Positions 28,395-37,509 are shown, numbered from the stretch's first letter. The stretch: 64,000 nt of DNA from an uncultured Methanosarcinales archaeon (GCA_964354285.1 CAYGYR010000001.1:326424-390423); one strand, 5' to 3'. Numbers and translations are program-made. Notes: generated by a model from the sequence alone, not told the origin.

Positions 28395-29143
28395 AGAGAC
28401 CAGGATTCTCTCTCAAAGACAATAAAAAAGACAATCAAGCAGACAAAACCAATCATTCCTGCATACAGAACCGAACTAATCCACGATAAGCCAAAGGCAT
28501 AAACCATTATAAGATAACTGTAGATTGCGCCTGCAAAAAAGGAATACGCGAGCCTTGAGGCAAAAAACATCCTCGAGCCATCCAGCGGGGGGAAAGGAAG
28601 AGCGCTATATACTGCAAACAAGAAATTAAACAGCACAAACTTGCTCAAGAGTGCAGAACCCACACTGAGGTTAATTGCCTGTATAATTACAGCAAGGGCA
28701 ATATTTACAAGAGGGCCTATCATTGCAACATAACCCCACGTCCTTAAGTTAGGGCCTGGCCTAAACCTGCCAAGGCGGTGAACCTCAAGCGCAGTTATTG
28801 CAACATAGCATCCAGCAAAAATCGTGATCTTGCCGTTTGAGAAAAGAACCAAAATCAATCCAATAAGAACACCAGGCCACCAAATCCTGTGCTCTGGCTT
28901 GAGGCCTGCATACAAAGAGAGCAGCCTCTGCGCAGAATGATGCGCTAAAAGCGAGATGACTGCAATAATGAAAGCAACCAGCAGGTTCTTTATTCCTGCC
29001 GCAGCATCAAATGTCACAGCACCCCATTCATTAAATGAGAATATGAACGCAAAGGCAAGAGCGAGAAGCATCAGTTCATTTAGCTCTTTACCAGAAAACC
29101 AAAAATACCTCTTTATTTTATCCTTGTAGTTCTGCCAACTCAT
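28391..29143 (-). CDS. site-2 protease (M50)-like membrane protein with a non-canonical metal-binding motif
   Basis: Polytopic. ALPFPPLDGSRMF matches the M50 PPLDG motif. The expected HExxH position reads LAHHSAQ. Confidence 0.45.
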   Translation of the reverse strand: MSWQNYKDKIKRYFWFSGKELNELMLLALAFAFIFSFNEWGAVTFDAAAGIKNLLVAFIIAVISLLAHHSAQRLLSLYAGLKPEHRIWWPGVLIGLILVLFSNGKITIFAGCYVAITALEVHRLGRFRPGPNLRTWGYVAMIGPLVNIALAVIIQAINLSVGSALLSKFVLFNFLFAVYSALPFPPLDGSRMFFASRLAYSFFAGAIYSYLIMVYAFGLSWISSVLYAGMIGFVCLIVFFIVFERESWSL

Positions 29144-29186
29144 CAGCAGGTCATTTATAAATCAAGTATATAAATATTATTCTTTT

Positions 29187-29328
29187 ACTTGACTTTTGCG
29201 GTTTGCATATAAAAAAGGCAAAATTGGAAATTTTAAAAAATTTCCAAATTCACAAAACAGAGTTTTGTGAAAAGTCAAGTAAGTTAACTTTTGCCCCTAA
29301 CGCAGATATTAACTGCAAAAGTTAACTT
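29187..29328. repeat. nested palindromes with core ACTTTTGC/GCAAAAGT
   Basis: Outer arms ACTTGACTTTT (29187-29197) and AAAAGTCAAGT (29270-29280). Inner palindromes GGAAATTTTAAAAAATTTCC and CACAAAACAGAGTTTTGTG. A perfect 14-bp hairpin AAGTTAACTTTTGC (29281-29294) / GCAAAAGTTAACTT (29315-29328) overlaps the traB stop. Confidence 0.5.
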
Positions 29329-29995
29329 TTAGTTTTTGCTTAACAAGGCCAACAATGTCTTTTTCATGGCCTGCACCAACAACCGCAACAATCTTTTTTT
29401 CTGGAAAACTCTGCAAAAGATGGGCGAGGCCAGCTGCCATGAAACTATTTCGTTCTGTAACAAGAACCTTGTAAACATTAGGGTAGCGCTTTTTCACTTG
29501 TTTAATCAGCTTCGTGATCGTTTCCTGCTTCGGAACTTTTGCCAGATCAAAATCAATATCAGACTTCCTTAGAATCAAGCCCCTGAAAAGGTCAACAAGA
29601 AAAAACCACTTTTCTTTCCAGCTCAATTCCTTTGAAAATCTCTTCAAGGTAAACTCAATATCCTGGTCGATAAGTGCAACCCGCGCATTGACTTTTTGTG
29701 CTGTCTTGAAGGCAAGAAGCATTTCAGAGCCAGGAGCGACGCCTGTTTTCTGGCCAAGCTTCTGCTCAACCCATGCGCCAATCATAGAGAAAAGAAAGCC
29801 CTTGATACCCACACGCCAAACGTCCTTCCAGCGCAGCTTCCTGCTTATATTGCCTACAAGAGCGGAAAGCCTTTTCCTGTCAAGCTCAAGAGCAACAATG
29901 TCAGGTTTTTCATTTAAAATCGTGCTTTCAACTTCCTTAAGGCTCTGCGGAGCAATATGCGACGTGCCGATTATTATAAGGTTTTTATACCGCAT
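29309..29995 (-). CDS. TraB/GumN family protein
   Basis: LIIIGTSHIAPQS and VVGAGHE motifs, characteristic of the TraB family. Confidence 0.7.
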   Translation of the reverse strand: MRYKNLIIIGTSHIAPQSLKEVESTILNEKPDIVALELDRKRLSALVGNISRKLRWKDVWRVGIKGFLFSMIGAWVEQKLGQKTGVAPGSEMLLAFKTAQKVNARVALIDQDIEFTLKRFSKELSWKEKWFFLVDLFRGLILRKSDIDFDLAKVPKQETITKLIKQVKKRYPNVYKVLVTERNSFMAAGLAHLLQSFPEKKIVAVVGAGHEKDIVGLVKQKLKVNFCS

Positions 29996-30104
29996 AGCTA
30001 CTTGGCAATGGACAATCCTTTTAAATAACTTGCTATCCAGGCAAAAAGTTTATATATTCTGCTGTTTTCTGAAAATGCATCATAATCAGAGGAGGGATTT
30101 GCAA

Positions 30105-30392
30105 ATGTTGAGAATGAAAAAAATAACTGAAACATATGACATGAAGGTTTTTACAGAAGAAGGAGACTATTTTGGAGATATTGAAGAGATCCAAATGAGT
30201 CAAACAAAAATCCAGGGCTGGCGGGTAAGGGCAACAAAGAACTCTTTCTTAAACAAGGTTCTTGGCAGTGCAAAAGGAGTTATTGTACCGCACCAACTCG
30301 TGAAAGCAATCGGCGACATAATGATTATCTCCAAAACAGCCATGCCGAGCTATAGCGAAACAGAAGCGCAACCACAAACAACAGTAGAATGA
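30105..30392 (+). CDS. PRC-barrel domain protein
   Basis: GDYFGDIEEIQM...GVIVPHQLVKAIGD, PRC-barrel-like. GGAGGG Shine-Dalgarno 9 nt upstream of the ATG at 30105. The long upstream extension in the track is antisense to traB and was rejected. Confidence 0.6.
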   Translation: MLRMKKITETYDMKVFTEEGDYFGDIEEIQMSQTKIQGWRVRATKNSFLNKVLGSAKGVIVPHQLVKAIGDIMIISKTAMPSYSETEAQPQTTVE

Positions 30393-30709
30393 ATTTAATT
30401 TTAGCAAGTACTGTATGCGCCTGGCTAGTTAATCAAGCAATAAAAGTTATTATTGCGAAAAAGAAAGAACGCTTCTTTGAATGCGGAGGAATGCCCAGCT
30501 CACACTCGGCCCTCGTGAGTGCCCTAAGCACATCTGTTGGCCTGCTTGAAGGCTTTGGCTCCGCAATATTTTTAATCGCCGTTATATTTTCAGCAGTCAT
30601 CGTGCATGATGCCATAAGAATAAGGAGGCACCACACACTGACTGAGGCGCTCGTGGGCATTGCAGTCGGCATTGCAGTAACATTGCTCATAAATGCAATG
30701 TTTTTTTGA
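30389..30709 (+). CDS. divergent PAP2 family membrane protein (DUF212-like)
   Basis: CGGMPSSHSALVSAL signature. 106 aa with TM helices. Confidence 0.65.
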   Translation: MNLILASTVCAWLVNQAIKVIIAKKKERFFECGGMPSSHSALVSALSTSVGLLEGFGSAIFLIAVIFSAVIVHDAIRIRRHHTLTEALVGIAVGIAVTLLINAMFF

Positions 30710-30796
30710 AAACAGTCATCACTAGTCACAGGACATACCTGCGCAGAGTATATAAATCATCAGCACTCGATAATCTAAATCTCTAAAATATATGCA

Positions 30797-31693
30797 ATGA
30801 ATATGATTCGTCAAGAAAAGTTTTTAATATTTGCTGAAGGAGAACAAAAAAAGTTTTTGTTAGACGCGAAATCTAAGCTAGGTGTAACATGGAAGACAAT
30901 AATATGTCATTCGCACGTCAGTAAAGCAATGTTCTATAATTATCTAAAAGAAAAGAATATTCTTAATGAGCGCGTTTTTAATTTATTAGCTCAGTACGCC
31001 AATCTTGAAAAATCACAATACTCCTTTAAAACCACACTAAAACAGCAAAATGCTGCAGAAATTCCAACTGGAAACAAAGAAGCTCTTGCCGAGTTTATTG
31101 GCATTCTTCTTGGTGATGGGCATTTAAGTAAGTTTAAATTTCAGATAGTTATTACCCTTAATTCGGCATTAGAATCCGCATATTTACATGATAAAGTCAA
31201 ACCCCTTCTTAGTACCTTATTTAAGCTAGAACCCAAGATAAGGCATTTTAAGGGCAAAAAAGCTGTTCAAATATATTTTGCTTCTAAAAAAGTATTTAAC
31301 TTTTTAAATCAGCAAATGGGAGTGCCCAGTAAAAGGAGAATAAATAATCCTAGCAACAAAATTCCATCTAGTTTTTTTCAAAATAAAAAGTTATTGCGGG
31401 CATGCCTAAGAGGATTATTTGATACTGAGGGGTCTTTAAGTATAAGACATCATAAAGCAATAAGGCTTTCCATTTATAATAATTCAGATTATCTATTAAG
31501 TAGTATCGCTAAGGCATTAACAGACTTGGGTTATACCTCCATTAAGAAACACAAAAGTGTGAGATTAAACAGAACATCAGAAATACTAAAGTTTTTTAAG
31601 GAGATAGGATCAAATAATCCCTATAAGCTAAAAAGATATTTAGCTTGGCAGGCAACAGGCAAATTGCCTAATGTACATACGGCTGTGTTGTAG
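30797..31693 (+). CDS. free-standing double-motif LAGLIDADG homing endonuclease-like protein
   Basis: LAEFIGILLGDGHL (motif 1) and LRGLFDTEGSL (motif 2). The 3' end overlaps the tRNA-Gly 5' end by 15 nt. Confidence 0.7.
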   Translation: MNMIRQEKFLIFAEGEQKKFLLDAKSKLGVTWKTIICHSHVSKAMFYNYLKEKNILNERVFNLLAQYANLEKSQYSFKTTLKQQNAAEIPTGNKEALAEFIGILLGDGHLSKFKFQIVITLNSALESAYLHDKVKPLLSTLFKLEPKIRHFKGKKAVQIYFASKKVFNFLNQQMGVPSKRRINNPSNKIPSSFFQNKKLLRACLRGLFDTEGSLSIRHHKAIRLSIYNNSDYLLSSIAKALTDLGYTSIKKHKSVRLNRTSEILKFFKEIGSNNPYKLKRYLAWQATGKLPNVHTAVL

Positions 31694-31749
31694 TGGTAGC
31701 AAACTACCCTCCCAAGGTGGAAGCCCGGGTTCGAATCCCGGCAGCCGTA
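31679..31749 (+). tRNA. tRNA-Gly (CCC)
   Basis: Manual fold. Acceptor ACGGCTG/CAGCCGT. D-stem TTGT/GCAA. Anticodon stem CTACC/GGTGG with loop CTCCCAA (CCC). T-arm CCGGG-TTCGAAT-CCCGG. Discriminator A. Confidence 0.7.
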
Positions 31750-31780
31750 TATTGTAATTCATTAACAATAATATTTATAT

Positions 31781-32080
31781 ATGAGCTTTGTTTCTGCAAA
31801 TACGAAGAAAATGAGATGCCTAAAACATCACAGGGCAATTGTCGGAGCCTGCCAATGGTGCGGAAAACAGCTCTGCCAGAACTGCGTTGCAAAAAGCGAA
31901 GGCAGCAAGCTTTACTGCGAGAAATGTGCAATACAGCTTTCTGGGATAAGAAGAGCCAAAGTGCCGCCTGTAAAGCCGCAGGCAAAGCCAGAATTTCCTT
32001 TGCCAATGAAAGAAGGGCAGCAGCCAGGCAAGACTAAGTATTCGATTGACAAAGACGGATATCTCATACTAGAACAGTAA
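31781..32080 (+). CDS. zinc-finger (B-box/zinc-ribbon-like) protein
   Basis: CLKHH..CQWCGKQLCQNC..CEKC cysteine pattern. Confidence 0.45.
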   Translation: MSFVSANTKKMRCLKHHRAIVGACQWCGKQLCQNCVAKSEGSKLYCEKCAIQLSGIRRAKVPPVKPQAKPEFPLPMKEGQQPGKTKYSIDKDGYLILEQ

Positions 32081-32083
32081 AAA

Positions 32084-32593
32084 ATGAGGTGGGAGACAAT
32101 GGATGTAGAAAAACTCAAAAAAATAAACCAGCTAAGCGGTGAGTTTAAGAAGCACGGACTGGCTGTTTCTCATGATGATGCATTCGCAAAAGCAAGCGCA
32201 GTTGTACATGATGATGAGCTAAAAGATGTTCTTGCACGAACAAGCATAACTGCAAGCACAGCAACAAGCACAGAGACACCTGAAAGGCCAAATCAAGCGA
32301 CCAGCCAAGGATTTGACAATCAGTATCAAGTTCTCCTTGAAAGGCAGAACAGGCAACTTGTCCAAGAAATACTTGCATTAAAAGAGACAGTCGCAATGCT
32401 TAAATCAGATGTTGAGCAGTTGAAGAGCAGTGCAGCAAGAGCTGCGGCAGTGCAGCAAGCACAGCCCAAGCAGGAAAAACAAGCAGTCCTGCACGAGAAA
32501 AAAGAGTGCAGCGAGAAATCACATCCGAGGCAGGGCAATTTTACTTCAGAAGATGTAGCCATAGAAAAGATGTTCTATTACGGGAAGAAATAA
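32084..32593 (+). CDS. coiled-coil hypothetical protein
   Basis: Heptad-rich (QVLLERQNRQLVQEILALKETVAMLKSDVEQLK). Confidence 0.4.
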   Translation: MRWETMDVEKLKKINQLSGEFKKHGLAVSHDDAFAKASAVVHDDELKDVLARTSITASTATSTETPERPNQATSQGFDNQYQVLLERQNRQLVQEILALKETVAMLKSDVEQLKSSAARAAAVQQAQPKQEKQAVLHEKKECSEKSHPRQGNFTSEDVAIEKMFYYGKK

Positions 32594-32599
32594 ATTTTT

Positions 32600-34069
32600 T
32601 TATTTGAAATTTTCAATTATTTCAAGGTTCCTATTAGTGCGAGGGGCGCAGCTTTCAGCATATCTTTCTATTTTGCCAGAGAGAATCTCGCGCTGCCGCT
32701 CATCAAGTTTATTAGACCAGTAATCGCAGAACGTGCTATCTTCCCTGGCGATATCTAACAGCAATTTGCCTTGTTTTTGAGCTTTCCGCGCCCACGTAGC
32801 AACGCTTTCATGAGCACCGCCGTATTCAGGATGCTTGAATATGTGCGCCTTGAGTATACCTGTCATTGCCTCTGAAGGCTTCTTCCTTATGCCTTCTAAA
32901 TTGGCTTTCATTTTTTCTTTTATTACATACAAATCTTTTATTCCTTTGTTTGTTCTTAGCAAAGCCTCATAGGTCATAGCCATTATTCTTTGCGGCTCAT
33001 AGCGAGCTTGAACAGAGCCTCTGAGGTCCCGCTGATGGTCAGAAACAATGAGCGCAAGCAGGGTCATAACGCCTCCTTTAGCGACTTCATACTGGCCTGC
33101 AATATTTTCCCAATCAATAGGATTATTTTTTCCAGCATCTATACTCGAGCCAGCAAGACGCTCTTTCGCAGACAATGAAACAACTTCACCAATCTCTGCA
33201 GAATAAAGCAAGCGCATGGTGTTTGCCATGTTGGCAAGAGCACCATTTAATAGAAGAACATTAAAGCCAAAATTTGCAAGGTTTCCCTTAGGAATTATCT
33301 GTGTAGGATTTGTGCAGAGCTTAAGCCCAATACCATCTTCTATGACGTACTTCTCAAAGGCCATTTGGTTTTCAAGGCCGACAAACTCTGCAACAGATGC
33401 ACTGCTTCCAACAATCCCTGCAATCTTGCCTTCAAGATTTGAGGCAGAAGCATCGACTCTATTAATCGCATTAATTATGTCCACAGCATAGCAACTCAGC
33501 ATGTAGCTGAAATAAAGAGGGGATGTGTGCTGGTTATGTGTCCTTCCAACCATTATTGCATCTTTAAGGTGCTCTGTCTTTGCAAGTTCACCCAAAGCTT
33601 TTACAGCGCTAACAGATTCTTGGCGTATAACCTTTCGCCAGCCATCTGCAAAAGCCCAATTTCGCCCAGTATCAAGAATGTCATAAGATGTTGTTCCAGG
33701 ATGTATCTTTAATGCAGTATCTTCTGAAACATAACGCATGCATTCAAGGATAACTGCGAGCTGGTCATGATGTGTTACTTGCTCCTCGAGAAGGCTGATG
33801 TTTGCAGGAACAATCTTATCCATTGCAGCTTCCAGCTCCTTGACATTCTGCTCGCTTGCCTTTCCGAATTTATGCAAGCCTTTCATGAGCGCCAGCTGCA
33901 CACGCACACAATAAGACCATTCTGCTGCAGAAGAAATATGCTTCATTAAAGGAGTTATTTTTTCCCTGTACTTAGAATCAAGCGGATCAACGCTTAACAA
34001 AGCCCATTCAGTTTCTCTTTGCTTTTCAAGGCTTAATTTGCCGAATAAGTCTAACTCTTTAACAGCCAT
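32600..34069 (-). CDS. fumarate-lyase superfamily protein (adenylosuccinate lyase-like)
   Basis: GSSIDAGKNNP matches the GSSxMPxKxNP signature loop with substitutions. 489 aa. Confidence 0.6.
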   Translation of the reverse strand: MAVKELDLFGKLSLEKQRETEWALLSVDPLDSKYREKITPLMKHISSAAEWSYCVRVQLALMKGLHKFGKASEQNVKELEAAMDKIVPANISLLEEQVTHHDQLAVILECMRYVSEDTALKIHPGTTSYDILDTGRNWAFADGWRKVIRQESVSAVKALGELAKTEHLKDAIMVGRTHNQHTSPLYFSYMLSCYAVDIINAINRVDASASNLEGKIAGIVGSSASVAEFVGLENQMAFEKYVIEDGIGLKLCTNPTQIIPKGNLANFGFNVLLLNGALANMANTMRLLYSAEIGEVVSLSAKERLAGSSIDAGKNNPIDWENIAGQYEVAKGGVMTLLALIVSDHQRDLRGSVQARYEPQRIMAMTYEALLRTNKGIKDLYVIKEKMKANLEGIRKKPSEAMTGILKAHIFKHPEYGGAHESVATWARKAQKQGKLLLDIAREDSTFCDYWSNKLDERQREILSGKIERYAESCAPRTNRNLEIIENFK

Positions 34070-34094
34070 CCCACCACCATTTCTTCAATATCCT

Positions 34095-34841
34095 TTAATC
34101 ATTCTCTACTCTTGGAGCGAGAATAAAGCTAAGCAAGACCTTGTCAACAACCTTGTACTCAATCTTCAGAGGATAATCCTGGCTGAAATAAATGCTGACA
34201 TTGTTTGCAATCTTTGCACCCTGAATCATTTTCTTAAGGTACTCAATTGAGTATTTGGCCTTGACTTTCGCCTGCGTCTCAGACGTAATCTTTGTGCAGT
34301 CATCACTTTTAATATCAATGTCTGCCTTTGACAGGTCTCCCTCTGCGCTTATGCTGAACTTATCCTGCTCTGCTGCAAAAGTAACTGATTCTGCAACAAT
34401 GTCTACATCATCAATCGCATCATTAAGAACATGAGAAGCTGTTGTGACAACAACAGGAAAGCTCAGGTTAGGAACTCTCTGCTCTTTCTCTTCAATGTCA
34501 ATTATAGGCAGGCTGAATGTCCTTATGGTCCCTGATTTTAATTGTATCTTCAGCTTGTTGTCCTGCGTGATTTCAAGCGAAAGAATGTCATTTGCCTTTG
34601 CCCTTTTCAAAATCTGCTTGAAGTTTGCAAGATTAACTGCAATCTCCATGTCTTTTGTAATATCATACTCTGTAAAACAGCTTGAAAGAAGCTTGAAAAC
34701 AACCATAGCCACGTTTGCCGGGTCCATTGCCACAAGCTCTATTCCATCCTTGTTAATCTTGAAGCGTGCCTCGTGCACCAATTCAGAAATAACTGTAATA
34801 CTGTCTTTCAAATATGTCGCATCTGCTAAAACTAACCTCAT
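34095..34841 (-). CDS. pcna: DNA polymerase sliding clamp PCNA
   Basis: 248 aa, two-domain PCNA pattern (MRLVLADATYLKDSITVISELVHEARFKINKDGIEL...). Confidence 0.85.
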   Translation of the reverse strand: MRLVLADATYLKDSITVISELVHEARFKINKDGIELVAMDPANVAMVVFKLLSSCFTEYDITKDMEIAVNLANFKQILKRAKANDILSLEITQDNKLKIQLKSGTIRTFSLPIIDIEEKEQRVPNLSFPVVVTTASHVLNDAIDDVDIVAESVTFAAEQDKFSISAEGDLSKADIDIKSDDCTKITSETQAKVKAKYSIEYLKKMIQGAKIANNVSIYFSQDYPLKIEYKVVDKVLLSFILAPRVEND

Positions 34842-34894
34842 TTTAACACCCCCAAATAGTGAAATTGATTAACTAATATAAATATTTTATTATT

Positions 34895-36256
34895 CTACAA
34901 TATCAGTGATTGGCCATTAAGAAGCTGATGAACTGTTTTGCCTTCCTTGTAGCCCATCTCCAGACCAAGTTCTGTGAATGCATCCATGCAGCGCTTTTCA
35001 GAATGAATGGGAATTATGTGCTCTGGCTTCGTGTATTTTAACAAATCCCTCATGTCTTCCTTGTAGCAGTGGCCAGAGACGTGGACATCCTTGAAGATTC
35101 TTACACCCTTGCTTTTGAGGTTATTCTCAAGAATCTCCCTGTAAGCCTTGTTTATCTGCGTTGGGATTATCTTGCATGAGAAAACAACATGGTCCTCATT
35201 CTCAAAATGGAAAGGAAGAACTCCTGTTGTCATCTTTGAGAGCACTGATTTTGGCTCTCCCTGATGGCCTGTTGCGATGATAAGATATTTCTCAGGCCCT
35301 TTTTTCTCGATTTCCTTTAGTTTTCTGGCAACCTGCCTTGCAAACCTGCAAACCTCTCCTTCCTTCTCAAGATGAGCGATATTCACTTCAGCAGCAGCAT
35401 CAATGTATTTTGCCAAGGAACGGCCAAGGAAAACAATTTTCCTGTTAAGCTTGTGGCCGAACTCAATGATTGATTTTAATCTTGCAATATGCGATGAGAA
35501 TGTTGAGACAATAACTGCCTTTCCCCTTGAATCAACGCCAAGAAGCACGTCTCTCAGTAATTCCTTAGCGACAAGCTCTGAAGGAGACTTTCCATCCTCA
35601 GGAGCATAAAGCGAGTCAACAAGGGCGACAAGAACTCCTTTTCTCCCAATTGCCTCAAGAGCCTCGTAGTTTGGCTTTTTTCCAATGACTGGATTGTTGT
35701 CAAACTTGAAATCAGTCGCGTAAAGTATGACCCCGTGCTTTGTGTGGATTGCAATCATGACTGTCTGCGGTGTTGAATGCGTGACACTGATGAATTCAAT
35801 TGTGATTTTATCGCTTATCTTCAAGAATGCATTCGGATTTAATATTTTTATTTCATTTCTTATCTTTATTTTTTCATCTTTCAGTATTGCTCTCAATACC
35901 GCGCCAGTGTATGGCGTGCATATCACAGGAGCATCAAACCTGTCTGCTATGTAAGGAATAGCACCAACATGATCCAGGTGAGCATGAGTCGGGATGATGG
36001 CCTTGACCATATCTTTCCAGTCACTTATCATTTCTGGGTTCGGGACTGCCTTGACTTTAATCAAGTCATCTGCCTTGATTTTTACAACATCCTCTCCCTC
36101 TTCCTCTGTATACTTGATATAGTTCGGCATGTGAAGCCCCATATCACAGATAATAACTTCATCATCTACCCTTACTGCAGTCATGTTCTTTCCGACTTCA
36201 CCATAACCGCCTATAGCTCTTATTTCAATTGACATATTATCTGGTTTAAAAATCAA
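34895..36256 (-). CDS. rnj: beta-CASP ribonuclease (archaeal RNase J)
   Basis: MBL motif HAHLDHVGAIPYI. The beta-CASP region is present. 453 aa. Confidence 0.8.
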   Translation of the reverse strand: MIFKPDNMSIEIRAIGGYGEVGKNMTAVRVDDEVIICDMGLHMPNYIKYTEEEGEDVVKIKADDLIKVKAVPNPEMISDWKDMVKAIIPTHAHLDHVGAIPYIADRFDAPVICTPYTGAVLRAILKDEKIKIRNEIKILNPNAFLKISDKITIEFISVTHSTPQTVMIAIHTKHGVILYATDFKFDNNPVIGKKPNYEALEAIGRKGVLVALVDSLYAPEDGKSPSELVAKELLRDVLLGVDSRGKAVIVSTFSSHIARLKSIIEFGHKLNRKIVFLGRSLAKYIDAAAEVNIAHLEKEGEVCRFARQVARKLKEIEKKGPEKYLIIATGHQGEPKSVLSKMTTGVLPFHFENEDHVVFSCKIIPTQINKAYREILENNLKSKGVRIFKDVHVSGHCYKEDMRDLLKYTKPEHIIPIHSEKRCMDAFTELGLEMGYKEGKTVHQLLNGQSLIL

Positions 36257-36271
36257 GGTTTATAAATGTTT

Positions 36272-36751
36272 TTATGATTTAGGAGAAATTGCCTTAATTT
36301 CATGAGAAATAGAATCCTTACACCAATAAATTGCCACAAAAACATCCAGCGCAGGATACACAGGTGCAAAATCTTTAAACTTTTTTCTGGTCTCATCAAA
36401 CAAGCACGTGTATCTTCGCTTGAGATCATTTATGATATCATCTCTAAAATCCCGAAGATCTGAGCCCCCTTCAAAATAAGGGCCCATTTCCAATCCCCAA
36501 AATACTGGCAAAAAAGCACTGTAAGAATTTAAGGCAGCACCAGGGCTTGCCCGTATAACATACATTCTTTCATCTATTAATACAACATCCTCTTTGCTTA
36601 AGACATCTTTGCATAAATTGTTAAGTTCCTCGCTCAGATGATTCAAAAATTCATCTAATTCTGCTGGAGAAAACCGCAACAAATTTCTCTCTAATACATA
36701 TTCTCCTCGCAAGCCAACAGGCTCCGGAATCTGAACTTTTCTCATTTTCAT
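36272..36751 (-). CDS. hypothetical protein
   Basis: 159-aa ORF co-directional with rnj. No motif recognised. Confidence 0.4.
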   Translation of the reverse strand: MKMRKVQIPEPVGLRGEYVLERNLLRFSPAELDEFLNHLSEELNNLCKDVLSKEDVVLIDERMYVIRASPGAALNSYSAFLPVFWGLEMGPYFEGGSDLRDFRDDIINDLKRRYTCLFDETRKKFKDFAPVYPALDVFVAIYWCKDSISHEIKAISPKS

Positions 36752-36791
36752 TTAAAAATTAAATGCGGGGCACAGATCCACACTGGAGTAA

Positions 36792-37337
36792 TTACTTTTT
36801 AACAAAAATAGCCTCATATGCATCACTCCAATAACTCTCCTCCATAATTTCAATCAGGCTATCTGCAGGAGGCCGAGAGTAGTCAAAACGAAAATAAGGC
36901 ATGATAAACATGCATTTTGTTTTAAGAATCCCTCTTAAAAAGAAGTCTTCCCCGCCAAAAGAGACAATGGAATCAAGAGAGCCTTTGTACCCATTGCCTC
37001 CTAAATCTTGCCAAATATCTAAGTTGTCCTTGTTAATTCTAATAGTATATCTTGCTTCATTATGGCCACCGCAGGCATGGACAAATGTTCCGGGCGGGAG
37101 CTGGTGTAAATCAACAAAATCTGTCTTTGTCCACACGTTGGGTTTATGTAAGGTGATATAATCAATATCACTATAACCTAGCGGGCAACATTCTGCATTA
37201 TGCACAAAATCCTCAATGCGAATGTACTCTTTATCATAGTCAGCTAACGATCTTCGTTTTGCTTCAGATAAACCCGCAGACTGAGGTTTGCGAGCCGTAT
37301 TATTCTCTCCCATCAGCATACCTCCATTAAAAAACAT
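36792..37337 (-). CDS. hypothetical protein
   Basis: ORF trimmed to the ATG at 37337 to avoid overlap with the tRNA-Leu. No motif recognised. Confidence 0.4.
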   Translation of the reverse strand: MFFNGGMLMGENNTARKPQSAGLSEAKRRSLADYDKEYIRIEDFVHNAECCPLGYSDIDYITLHKPNVWTKTDFVDLHQLPPGTFVHACGGHNEARYTIRINKDNLDIWQDLGGNGYKGSLDSIVSFGGEDFFLRGILKTKCMFIMPYFRFDYSRPPADSLIEIMEESYWSDAYEAIFVKK

Positions 37338-37339
37338 AA

Positions 37340-37474
37340 TGCGGGGCACAGGATTCGAACCTGCGTAGGCACTAAGCCAGCAGATATCTCACCATCCAAG
37401 ATGAATGGTAGACAGCAGATTTTCATTAACCGACTTTTTGAGTCTGCCCCGTTTGGCCACTCCGGCAGCCCCGC
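37340..37474 (-). tRNA. tRNA-Leu (CAA) with an intron of about 50 nt in the anticodon loop
   Basis: Acceptor GCGGGGC/GCCCCGC. 3-bp D-stem and 11-nt D-loop (class II). Anticodon stem GCAGA/TCTGC with CAA. Variable arm TGGCTTAGTGCCTAC. T-arm GCAGG-TTCGAAT-CCTGT. An alternative nearer TCTGC would give a 16-nt intron but a 50-nt variable region, so the long intron is preferred. Confidence 0.7.
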
Positions 37475-37509
37475 ATGATAGAATTAAATTTAGAGTGAGT
37501 ATATAAAGT

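Noticed and set aside
29514-30100. 5' two-thirds of the 292-aa plus-strand ORF
   Set aside because: It is antisense to the well-supported traB gene. Only the 3' portion from the ATG at 30105, which has a GGAGGG SD, is a plausible gene (the PRC-barrel protein).
31681-31748. possibility that the tRNA here is on the minus strand
   Set aside because: TTCGAA in the T-loop is palindromic, so both strands show a T-arm-like motif. Only the plus strand folds into a complete cloverleaf with acceptor, D and anticodon stems.
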